DNA of 64,000 nucleotides from a virus: the IMG/VR virus record IMGVR_UViG_3300036770_005682, positions 32,001 through 96,000 of that record. One strand, given 5' to 3'. The position numbers and the translations under genes were made by a program. Below the pieces are notes generated by a model. The model saw only the letters and a list, made by a program, of their open reading frames with translations. It was not told the DNA's origin and did not search any database. Below, one piece after another: positions 12,601 to 21,400 of the stretch. Each line of letters begins with the position of its first letter. Position 1 is the stretch's first letter.

Positions 12601-14007
12601 TACGCGCCAGGTTCGCCAGAAGCAGACACAGCTTATGGACATATTGATATAGATGCGCTGGACGGAATTTACAAACTTGGTCAGCGCCCCAACATGGGTG
12701 ACAACATATTGTGGGGTTTCCTGCAAGCTTCTGGTTTCAATGACAACCCACTATTGCTAGACGTACAAGAATTGAGAGAAATAGCTCAGACAGAAGACGG
12801 GAATGGCAAACGTCAAGCAATTTTGATGTCGCGAGGGGTTAATTCAACCGTTGACGCTAGCGGAAGAAGCGTCCCCGCAACGCGTTTTGTCAACATGCTT
12901 TTGCGACTAAAGAGGTCGATAACTGGACGTGGCGGGCAACAGCATGGTACGGGAGAATATTGGAGCTCTCAACCAACAGAATGGGCCCCAAACAACGATG
13001 GTGCTGCTATCGGCGTATTGGCTAGAGACATGGCCCGCATTGCTTCGCATGAGGTCATGGTTGGCCCAAATTCCAGCGCCACCACCAATGGAGCAGGTGG
13101 AATAGTATCAAGCCACATGTACGAAGCTCTATGGGCGATAGCTAACGCATTGGGTGCGCGAGGGTTTGGGAGAGGCCCCAACGCACTCCATGGAAGCGAA
13201 TACCAAACAGACATACCTGTCAACTCGGTGAATTTCGACCCGGTAACTGGCCTCTATGACCAGGGGGGCTTGGATGCTTTGCGAGACAAGGTGATGGAAC
13301 TTCTTGAGGAATACAACCCAAATGTTCCAGGTTCACAGGGAGGCCTAATGACAGTCGAAAACTGGTCATTGCGGACAGGACGCTTCCAGAGCTCAATAAT
13401 CCCAGATATGGGCCAGGGTTCAATTGTTAACCAAGAACGTAACGATGCTGCCCAGCGTGAACGCCGCCATCTAAACGCTTGGTTGGGGCAGCAAGCAAGC
13501 TGGCTAATACAATTAGCTCAACTACGGAGAGACGAATCAGACCCGGTAAACGGAGACGAAAACAAAGAGTGGAATCGCCGCCTTGAGGCTGCCGGCCATT
13601 CGCTCGTAATGATGGCACCGAATGGAAGAGCTGCGCTAATGGGATACGACGCACTAATACGAAACACCCAAGACTCAATACAGGTTGGTGGTTTAACTAA
13701 TGCTGACAACAGGTTCAGTGACTACGACTTCTGGGAAGACGATATTAGTAGAATCACATTATACCCGCCTAAAGTTGTAGTACTTCTGAATAGGACTTCA
13801 GTTCCGATGCTGCGCATAGCACACGAGCCGACTCAGACAGTTACCAATTATTCGCGGACAAGACAATTTATGGGATGGCTAGAAAACACCGGACTAACAT
13901 GGGACGACATTGTTCCAGAACCTATGGCAAACCCAACCACACAAGAAGAAATTGACCTTGCAAGAAGGCTCACTACGTATCTCCGGCGCTGGGGGTTAAG
14001 CCAATGA
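6628..14007 (+). CDS. Giant 2459-aa polyvalent protein; one ISGRMG (9226-9243); C-terminal ADP-ribosyltransferase-like region (~12720-13800)
   Basis: Long uninterrupted ORF; GFNDNP...LMSRGV...GRGGQQHGTGEYWS...GYDALI...VLLNR pattern. Confidence 0.7.
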   Translation: MKSISLVRDKIDGSPFAVLLINKDDVTAFGSSGQGKNWADWVNSQNTQFDSIDDLLDVRLIADTPVPAKTFNESNLSSYLDQENMDLVMQELNKKVLLEVVNTKSAQQEEPIFNDEEDDLPDFIPMSMWPLSDISLASIDVAFKSNLAAYKAKAFNLDRDRRAIELEVKWARAIWDNDRQGWRCPPETPNGGQFTNRMGLGCTTGMIRRLGQTLMSIEDRNKLQMTLPGLEDPRGFLYRAGALIDERAETRVRKFAERKERRAARRVRNIIAKEGKKEQEKLQKEKRRHNRSGESIGDIYRSLTPDATRTSRVRAAGAVKLRRFAARIEEESLRDVGQSQQRRDRRMRAVTEERLSPRKLKQLRDQGGRIPGSDLGGYVQMDVKSDDETYRAMDVNGQLMVPRVLVDMDEMHSNPFYGRPTLKDDTGKEIPNPHVDHKWVTVEEVLAMSSVNRATKPVHDWIEMRKGRGFPGDETISYVDAKELKKIQKENGSIGVRVKLKDDGKGTSAGRGKGKAKTKPAQGGPIGDLEWQPDELPPTTAKQIRDSWRESRKRLGSWIASLDPLSEDDGKTRREKRREKRSKANKPVSAVTADGFWSSLYPDIESPIEAMDRAREASSASDSFRQWFESGQSGNSRRWGYNEVIGTPTPEFAAFKRLADGVISEHGGEVLVEGPDSGHPLRNELDNNFEFNTNYRTSSPFQLYNLRVVTLNDGVEERKVIVLDTVFANAWTDNPRDENNRQLDPTEAGVLQLATKSTVLDVPQDIVEQAEKGDMRVWDFLESANFALMSGRPGTTPGSVWLGFPPADGAQNFGGDRVIRFNKRGAPLSIASGYHARSNTPNLIGVKTVHLGGTSNATIDLRTGAMISGRMGPETILTPDGEKVLDDPSINPFTGEKEKMWIDRLPGARRGRKSRRRVVGDRPEQPGIISRVATAEGRQFSRERRAARRMIKGKTPRDTRPLRQRIEASLYERSRRRTGDIRPEWLQAPDINPAIIEQEIRDAARSNDPEIIASLPEIGGVYGWLLPESYPTGTSWWDSGVNKQRVDALNASLHELGGSFFPPVTQEDIDRLPELAEQGRLWLEDINDPDQQSTPGEVSNWGFAEWKEFEGMTYVYDSRNETKPPIAIVHNASGTTHLIGKDGKHLLSLVPRLSSNGENVFVPIGSPELHRKLETPSQETGFLQTLLGKFRRRDRQQVETEQVIPGLRGRRRTFTRGDTSINDVRAIFEAGDAGSSPTWPYSFATQQRTGSQILPKAMSDAQIALVLASAEKMQAQLEASFRRQLGLPQNESLTEDGIKDFIDELSRNGRKREAGIVINNLHDLAVLDDLLFTQDIGHVNNLKPGRRHMIMLDAGIPLSDAEKKSRRRMTPDLIWITKDTAGSSYFRLSDTGERGQFTSRRTFPQGDVNLLDVATPQGPSSPRPTPTGPALIPGTGDVTGTIIYRGGLYFDTSTGRYVEDLTGLDSDGADFLHKPVPLENYTFNALGDLQGQEFPKIILSSGPGAPRRELAVAAPGINPQDKRVAVQTRPDLVEAIVTQPSSFTELFYMLRNRWRALGSAQKSEAKLQKLGRNPVATADLISGINSPLLARADGLETEEGMSLFTSPVNAPGRTINNAAEVLRAIRNASRKTPTENGLFDEYLPGSAGDLRRQSTVVSGPHELHHLHVLDSLGIMESLPFETVYLPSTQPIGNQVDMQAYGYGLPHIDNGLFMPLNSALQLDFAARTMRRLLDSGSQQDRDGWDRTWGRRAGGRYDINKADVEEVERMSALAWKHAADELSRVASEYGNKRNDALGRWRVGNGVGEKDNDKDLAEVTNYVMNGVIAEQAEYLLHRHIITNDDVMQQIAESHIADMTRRSIDANKRIDRLEQLRSAQTAVGRRATGGYSPDDVDPIELLPILDRHGDGVTTTAPLRDLGEISEIMADHKALGFAAPLEIDPVTGEFVPQILTDDQIEALALIDYAYKRHNIMTNMMGQSRNAAIEEARAEFGYAPGSPEADTAYGHIDIDALDGIYKLGQRPNMGDNILWGFLQASGFNDNPLLLDVQELREIAQTEDGNGKRQAILMSRGVNSTVDASGRSVPATRFVNMLLRLKRSITGRGGQQHGTGEYWSSQPTEWAPNNDGAAIGVLARDMARIASHEVMVGPNSSATTNGAGGIVSSHMYEALWAIANALGARGFGRGPNALHGSEYQTDIPVNSVNFDPVTGLYDQGGLDALRDKVMELLEEYNPNVPGSQGGLMTVENWSLRTGRFQSSIIPDMGQGSIVNQERNDAAQRERRHLNAWLGQQASWLIQLAQLRRDESDPVNGDENKEWNRRLEAAGHSLVMMAPNGRAALMGYDALIRNTQDSIQVGGLTNADNRFSDYDFWEDDISRITLYPPKVVVLLNRTSVPMLRIAHEPTQTVTNYSRTRQFMGWLENTGLTWDDIVPEPMANPTTQEEIDLARRLTTYLRRWGLSQ

Positions 14008-14393
14008 AAAAAATAGACAAATCAGAGCTGAGTCGTGATGAATTTGCAATGTATTCGCAAAGCAAATTAAAACTCACACAAGCAGTTGAGGAGCTTATCA
14101 ACCTGCTTGGGTATCCGCCATTCGGATTTGATAAAACCGGCAAGTCAAGCGAAATGTATGCCGAAGTCATGGCTGACATAAATGAAACTTTAAACAACAT
14201 TGATGAGGAAGATTTCATTACAGATAGATACGTGCCACTAGCCGAAATAAAGAAAAAATACGCAACAGAAATATCTCAAGCCAAGCGGCTGAGAGATGCA
14301 CATCCAAACATTGGCGCTGCGATTAAAGCATGGTTCGAAGATAATAAATTACAATTAGACGAGTCGATTGCATACCAATATGGCATTGGCTGA
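14004..14393 (+). CDS. Small acidic hypothetical protein coupled to the giant ORF (candidate immunity/partner)
   Basis: 129-aa ORF, ATGA overlap. Confidence 0.65.
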   Translation: MKKIDKSELSRDEFAMYSQSKLKLTQAVEELINLLGYPPFGFDKTGKSSEMYAEVMADINETLNNIDEEDFITDRYVPLAEIKKKYATEISQAKRLRDAHPNIGAAIKAWFEDNKLQLDESIAYQYGIG

Positions 14394-14395
14394 AC

Positions 14396-17300
14396 ATGGA
14401 AGACGAAGCAAAAAAACCGGATAATAGAAAAAATCGCCGGAAGAAAAAGAACTGGGAAAAACTGAAAGAATCTCCGATAGTCGGTATTTCAACCCTTCCT
14501 GGCGGGGGACTTGTTTCCGCACCGATAATGGGAAAAGCTCTGGGCTCAAGAATAGGTCGCCGAATAGGCGGAGCAGGCAAAACACCAACAGACATGAACC
14601 CGGCAACCGCCAGAGATGCTGACAAGGACATGATAGTTCTTGAAGGTGTACCCACCATAAATCAGGGTAGAGGAGTACCCGACCCAACGCCAGGCGGTGA
14701 AATATCAGGCCGCATGGGGAGGGAACAAAACAAAGAAGAATTTGTGGGCTTAGAAAAGTTGCTCAGGCAACATTTTGGCCAATTTGCAAAATTCCAAGAA
14801 TGGACGAGAAACAAAGATTGGCGCGCATTCCACAGAAACCATTTTGACTGGTGGATGTTCCCAATCCCAAGGGGCTCTAATACGTATCGCGATGAGTACA
14901 ACGTCGCAGGCGAGCCACTGGCAGAACTATTAAACAATAGACGATATATGGAAACCTTGCCAGCAGCAATGCGAATGTATCTTCGCTCAATCGGCTGGGA
15001 CATGGATAAGAAAAACTGGATTGCTGATGCTGATATAGAAAACGGTCAAGAGCCGGTACGAAGTCTAAATCAAGCTCGCTTGTATAAAATCGCTCAGTCC
15101 GCAGAAGCACACAACTTGATTGACGAACTGCGCTCAGTGAGTCTGATGGTTGACGATATGCGAGCCAGTGGGATACGCGTAGGAAATGATAATTATTGGA
15201 ACTCTATTTCTGGTCGCATGGCCAACAACGAATTTGTAAAACCAGATTTTCCAGAAAATGCAAAACCTGGAGACAAGTACTCGACAGGCGTTGAAGGTGA
15301 TACGCGCGAGTGGCAATTTGACGGCAGACTATGGGTAAGACAGGACTCAGGCGGCAAGCGCGCGGCAACAATGGGGTTCCGCAAAGCTGGTGGAAGTACA
15401 GGGAAAAGTATTTCGCCATCCGCTACATCAATTGCTGTTGGCCAAAACAAAAGAGCAATGACATATGGGACTCCAGAATTTGATGAAATATGGGCCCGCA
15501 GGGACGCCAATAACGAAGCCGGGGAAGGCGATGGAGTTACGTTTGACTGGAAAGATGAATCCTCGAGACTCCAATACATAGCATTAATGAATGGCTCCGG
15601 ATTCCCGATGAAACACCCGAAGACCAGAAAACGTGTTGGTTGGGCAAAATTCGGAGAAGGGGCAAACCCTCCAGGGGATTATCCGAGAAGGGGTGTGCCC
15701 GGATGGGTCGACAGGCTTAAACCAGAACTAAAGGACCTCGGAATAGCAATAGTACCCAAAGACCACAGCACAATGGGGGACCAGTACGGTTCATGGATTT
15801 CTTTTTCTGGCACCCCTGGTTCGCCCTCCGCTGAAGGCCAAGCAGCAAAACAACTTTTAACACATTTGGCAGAAACTATAAGCCCAGATACGTTTTATGA
15901 ACACTTTGAAGCGTGGTTACGAAATCCTTACGTGACTGCGAAAAAAAATGGGAAAGATGTTGGCGTTAGGCTTGCGTTTAATAACGATAGAGAGCGCTTA
16001 CTAAATGAATACAGGCGTCGCGTCATTGCTCTACGAGATTCTATGTATGACTACTTCGGTAACCCAATGGATGAAGTTGGCGCAACGATGGTTAAACCTG
16101 TTGTAGACGATGAACTATCCCCATCTACTCAAATAGGAAGCACTGGGAACGACTGGAAAGACATAACATCATCTGCCCCTTGGGCTGCACAGCGCATTGC
16201 AGCTGCCGCAACAGAGGCTGCAGCAGACGAAATACCACGCAGCAAAGACAGACTGAAGCACATGATTCAATCACGTGTTCAAATGACATTGCCGCAAGAA
16301 ATAGTTGATTTAATCGGCACATCTGAATCATTGATTGACACGCTCTTGCGAGAGAATTTCAAAAATAGAGATTGGGGCCGTGATTCGGAATTTGACGCCC
16401 CAGATATTTTGCCGTCAGGTGACGCAGAAACTCTGGAAATTGTCGATGAACTAGGAGACCAGTTTATTGAATTAATAACCAGTAGAGAATCAACCACAGA
16501 AATAACAGACAATGACGCAATAGAGTTCGCTAGAGACATGGCAGATGACAGCGTGAACATGCGAGCAGTAAAGCCGTTTCTCCAGAAAAAATTAGACGCA
16601 AAAATATCTGGCAGGATGGGAAACAAACCAGAAACAAACGTTGAAGCCGAGAACATAGATTTTCTCCCAGAGTCACCGAATCATCTCGGCAACCACTTCA
16701 CATCGCGCCACGAGGGCTATGACATCAGGCCGGACCCCGTTGACTCGATACAGGAGGCTCGCAGAACTGGAGCTCCATTAAAGGGTCTTACTCCTGGCTC
16801 TTACAGCGAACAAATCCAGAAATATATGAACGGGCTTACAGATTATGTAATTGGTCTTGGGTTTACAAGCTACATGCAAACCAACCCAGATTTCTATATT
16901 GGCTCACAAGATGAAGAGGGTAGACAGAGGGCCGCTGATTTTCGCGGCTACCTCGGAGGATGGATTGGCACCGTATCTGCCGCAATAATGGATTTGGGCA
17001 CCTTTGGTGAAGATTTTGAGCTAGACGATGAACACAGAGAATTTCTGCGTCCATTCCTGGGTTCATCGGTAGACAAAATGAAAAATTTTTCCGACATACC
17101 AGACGAGGACCCTTCTGGGTATGGCGGCAACACAATGCAGGTGCTAAAGGGTTTGCTTTCCAGGGGTGTTGTGACAAGCACCCCAACAGATGGCAACGAA
17201 CTTAATGACATTGCTACAGGGTTGGCAATGAGGGCCATACATGCAGCAATAAAAACCAATAACCATGAACGAATCGGCGTTTCTGATGCACGGCAAGCAA

Positions 17301-18190
17301 CAGAAGACACGCTTGACTGGTGGAATGACGCCATAGGTGCTGCACTACTTACGACATCGCCTTCCGACTATGAATCAATCGATGATATTGGTTACTCAAA
17401 TCTAATGACCGAATCAGAAGTGTCAGTGGCTATGCCGGTATCAGCTGCTATACAAATGCTGAGGGAAGGCGAATTCAAAACACTCTTCGAAACAGATACA
17501 AGCCAAGGTAATAGCAACAAGTCTGCAAGGAGGACAGCAGAGTTTGCAATGTTTGGCATTTTGCCATCATATGCAGGCAAGCGCCCATCTTATGGCGTCC
17601 TTCATGTCGGAGGAATAACAGAGGATGCCCTTCAAAACACCAATCAATACGGCCCAGTACGTATTGTATTGAAAAAAGATGTCAATAAAGACGTTACATG
17701 GACCGAAATAGACTCTCTATCTTTGATGTCGTCAGCCTCAACGTTGCAAAAGCCGTCAAAACACAGTCTTTTCGGGCAGAGGCTAACCGCCGATACGCCA
17801 TTCACTAGAGTGAGCGCAGAGGACATCATTGCTCTAATTGAAAGAGGAAGAAATACTGGTTCAGCCGACGATAAAACAGCAATCGGAAGAACCAAGTATG
17901 CAGAAGCTCAAATTCATAAGTCAATTACCCCCGACGATATTGCATACATAATTATTGACGACACTGAATGGTACGGAACCCCTACACCTGATTTTCCGCC
18001 GCTGCGAGCCAATGGCGCTGCCATCAATGACGACTCAGCTGAATACGAAGCTGCCATGGACGTGTACCCAGATGACATAATGGATTATGACGGGTACATA
18101 CAGATATCAAAAATTGCTGAATCTCTTAACATACCCGTGATTCGTGCTTCAGACACCTATGACGCCGGCGAGGAAATAATTAGGCCATGA
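14396..18190 (+). CDS. 1264-aa polyvalent protein; OGFr/DUF1810-like domain, central unknown domains, C-terminal DUF3626/ART-like domain; 3 ISGRM motifs
   Basis: HFDWWMFP motif (~14840); GEFKTLFETDTSQG...RPSYG...QYGPVRIVLK...DSL...YAEAQIH (DUF3626-like, ~17420-17960). Confidence 0.75.
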   Translation: MEDEAKKPDNRKNRRKKKNWEKLKESPIVGISTLPGGGLVSAPIMGKALGSRIGRRIGGAGKTPTDMNPATARDADKDMIVLEGVPTINQGRGVPDPTPGGEISGRMGREQNKEEFVGLEKLLRQHFGQFAKFQEWTRNKDWRAFHRNHFDWWMFPIPRGSNTYRDEYNVAGEPLAELLNNRRYMETLPAAMRMYLRSIGWDMDKKNWIADADIENGQEPVRSLNQARLYKIAQSAEAHNLIDELRSVSLMVDDMRASGIRVGNDNYWNSISGRMANNEFVKPDFPENAKPGDKYSTGVEGDTREWQFDGRLWVRQDSGGKRAATMGFRKAGGSTGKSISPSATSIAVGQNKRAMTYGTPEFDEIWARRDANNEAGEGDGVTFDWKDESSRLQYIALMNGSGFPMKHPKTRKRVGWAKFGEGANPPGDYPRRGVPGWVDRLKPELKDLGIAIVPKDHSTMGDQYGSWISFSGTPGSPSAEGQAAKQLLTHLAETISPDTFYEHFEAWLRNPYVTAKKNGKDVGVRLAFNNDRERLLNEYRRRVIALRDSMYDYFGNPMDEVGATMVKPVVDDELSPSTQIGSTGNDWKDITSSAPWAAQRIAAAATEAAADEIPRSKDRLKHMIQSRVQMTLPQEIVDLIGTSESLIDTLLRENFKNRDWGRDSEFDAPDILPSGDAETLEIVDELGDQFIELITSRESTTEITDNDAIEFARDMADDSVNMRAVKPFLQKKLDAKISGRMGNKPETNVEAENIDFLPESPNHLGNHFTSRHEGYDIRPDPVDSIQEARRTGAPLKGLTPGSYSEQIQKYMNGLTDYVIGLGFTSYMQTNPDFYIGSQDEEGRQRAADFRGYLGGWIGTVSAAIMDLGTFGEDFELDDEHREFLRPFLGSSVDKMKNFSDIPDEDPSGYGGNTMQVLKGLLSRGVVTSTPTDGNELNDIATGLAMRAIHAAIKTNNHERIGVSDARQATEDTLDWWNDAIGAALLTTSPSDYESIDDIGYSNLMTESEVSVAMPVSAAIQMLREGEFKTLFETDTSQGNSNKSARRTAEFAMFGILPSYAGKRPSYGVLHVGGITEDALQNTNQYGPVRIVLKKDVNKDVTWTEIDSLSLMSSASTLQKPSKHSLFGQRLTADTPFTRVSAEDIIALIERGRNTGSADDKTAIGRTKYAEAQIHKSITPDDIAYIIIDDTEWYGTPTPDFPPLRANGAAINDDSAEYEAAMDVYPDDIMDYDGYIQISKIAESLNIPVIRASDTYDAGEEIIRP

Positions 18191-18411
18191 ACGAACTATT
18201 TGCAGAGGGTATTGGAGGGGGTGCCAAAATGTATAAAACCCATACTACATTTGTTGGAGATAGCCCTATCTACTTCGGGTACATCCTGAAAAATGGACAA
18301 AAAGGTGGAATAATTAATTTGTCTTCCGTTGTTGCCTCCAACCCTTCCTGGAAGGTTGTGGACGAATTTGCTACTACTAACGAACCTCTAGAAAACCCTA
18401 GAAATCAATGA
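18187..18411 (+). CDS. Small hypothetical protein (candidate immunity/partner)
   Basis: 74-aa ORF overlapping both neighbours by ATGA. Confidence 0.6.
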   Translation: MNELFAEGIGGGAKMYKTHTTFVGDSPIYFGYILKNGQKGGIINLSSVVASNPSWKVVDEFATTNEPLENPRNQ

Positions 18412-21400
18412 ACGAAAATAACGATTTACAATTTGATGAAAAGGACATACTTGGCGCTCCACGGATGGTGCGCGTCACGGACCCAGATGTTTTTTCAGAC
18501 CCAGACTCAGCGCGAGTAGCAGCTAGGCGCTTGGGGTGTATTGGAATCAGAAGATACTTAAACCGTTCCGGCGGTGAGTCATGGATGCCGTGTACAAACG
18601 AATCAGACTACAGAAAATACAGCGGCATAGGTGTTTCTGGAAGAAGATTTAGACGTCAACAGCTAGAAAGAGAAATACGTCAAATAACCGGCCGTGGCAA
18701 ACTAGCAAAAAAGACTATCGATTCTGCTGTAGAAACAAAAGCATCCAAGGCGAACAACTACACCAAACCCGAACTGCGCGAACGCCTCAAGCAGCGTATT
18801 ATGGCTGGTTCTGACGGAGGTGCACCTGGTCAGTGGTCTGCGCGCAAGGCACAAATGCTGGCTCAAGCGTACAAAAAAGCTGGCGGTGGATATAAGACTG
18901 GTGGAAAATCAAAAACGCAGCGTTCACTTTCTACATGGACAAAGCAAAACTGGCGAACAAGCGACGGCAAAAAAGCCAGACGAGGAAACTACACAAGGAG
19001 ATACCTCCCAGCTAAAGCGTGGTCAAAACTAACACCAGCGCAAAGAGCTGCAACGAATAAGAAGAAAATAGAAGGCTCAAAACAAGGTGAGCAGTTTGTG
19101 CCTAATACTGCCGCTGCTCGCTCCGCAAGAAAGCGGTCTGTTCGCGGGGCAAAACATTCTGCTTTTTATGAACTTCTTGAAATAAAAAGCATAGAAGGTT
19201 TAATAGAAGTAAAAGCCTTGCCTAGAAGAGCTGCCAGAAGAACACTGCAAACACCAGGCGCACTAAAGCCGCGCCTTAACTCAATGGGGAGAGACCTCAA
19301 CCCCGCTACGGCGCGAAACGCCGACAAAGACCCGTATGTTCTTGAAGGAATCCCAACAATCAACCGTGGGCGAGGCGTTCTTGACCCCACGCCTGGAGGA
19401 AAGCCAAGCCGGTGGGTTCCTCGCGTAAGAAAAGCGCCTTCCAAACCTGAAGTAGCTCCAGAAGCAAAGCCTGCACGTGTTTTACAGAGACAAGCAGAAC
19501 GCCTACCAAAACCACCACAGACACAGCGGCGAGAGTCTTCTTTCGATTGGCTACCTTCAGATTCAGATACATGGACAGAAGAAAACAAGAGACGTCTATT
19601 CGGGTTGCATAAAGAATCAGGGTTTTCTTACTCTGAGTTTGCTAAACGAAATGGTTTATTCGCGGACGACGTACGTGAGTCTGTCGAGACCATAAAGAAC
19701 AAGCGCAAGTCACGGCTCAACGCATTCAAGAAAAATCACCCCAAGTTGATGTCCGTAATTGGTTCGTTTGGTGCCGTGCGAGATGAAGCCATGGAAGCTG
19801 TCGCAGACGGAAAAGTAAAGGATTGGCCTTCCGTTGTGTCATGGGCATTCAAGGACCCCGAACTACGCCGCCAGCGTCTTTCAGACAGAGCAGTTAACGA
19901 CCTTTTCAATAGTGTAAGTAATGGCCTTGACCCCGATGGCAAGTCAGACACTGTTCTCGGATTTATACCCTCTAAAACAAAACCAGGAAAATCTGTTAAA
20001 ACGTTTGCAAAGCGTGGAGCACTCCCCCCAGATTTCACCAGTAGATTCACAACACGCAGAACAGCAGTAGCGCCAGCAAGAAGCATTACATCTATACCAG
20101 AAAGAGCGATACGCCGCCCAGAACGACGCATACAGCGAATTAGTCGCGATATCGAGCGCACGGCGGCAGCATACGAACGTCTTGATGCGATATCGGGTCG
20201 AATGACATCAATATCCGGGCGTATGGCTACGCCCCCTGGCCCAGACTCATCATGGTCGAACCAGCAAAAAGCTCAATGGAAAGCAGAGCAATGGCGGAAA
20301 CGATTCCTATTTGACGAAGCGTTGAATTCAGCAAGAGTCAATCTTTCACCAGAGCTTCAGGCGCACATTGCTAAGTATCCAGATACAGCCACTGCGGCAC
20401 GAGCGATAATGGATATGTCCGACAAGGACCTAGACGCACTGTTCAAGGCTCATAATGATGCACTCAAGGGAGCCAACATAACCATTAAGCCACCTCGTAG
20501 AGATGAGCTCCCTCTTCTGCCGTCCGAAGTGGCCGAAGCAGCCCAAATCAAACGCCCATTGGTTAGAGCATTCCTTGATGAATACAGGAAAATGGCACCG
20601 AACGGAACACTGTCGAGGCTCGATGTCGACACAATGTCAAATGAAGACGTCGAAGAAATGTTCAACCGCTATATCTTGCCGGAAATGGTTGACCCAACAC
20701 GCTTGGATGCAGCAGGTGTTGTAGACGTTGCGCAGAGAATCTCCCAGCCAGGTCAGGAAAATTCCCCTCTCCGTCTGTTGGACAATCTCGCCTACATGGC
20801 CAGCGACGACATGATGAGCCTAGAAGCTCGACGCAGGATTTTAGAAGAACGACTGAATGCTGGTATTGCGGCTGGAACAATGACTCCGGCGCAGCAGCAA
20901 GCTACGCAAAATGCTCTAGACGCAATAGACATGGAACTAGCGAAACTAGTTGCCGATTACGAGGCAGGTCAGCCGCTAGATACATCAATTCCATTTATCC
21001 CTGAAAACATACCTGACCCACGCAAAATGCCTCTCTGGGCTGGGGGACGTCGAGCCCTGGATTTCAACGACCCCGTTACAGCAGAAGATTACGTCATGTT
21101 CCTTCTAGAAAACGACGACGTAGGATTTCACCCTGAGTGGGGCCCCATAACACGCCAGGAATGGAACAACTGGGATGAAGATATAGAACAACGTATACAA
21201 CGAGCAGTCGAAGTGCATTACGAGGGTGGCGAGCTAGAAGCGGAAGATGCAATGAACGCTCTCACGGCCGAATACCAACAATGGTACAACGTTGGCATTG
21301 AAGCAGGCTGGATTGAAGGACAAGAAGAAGAAGAGCCACAACCCGAAAGGCCAATACGAGACGAATTTGGTGTACTCGATGAAGACTGGGTTTGGAATAC

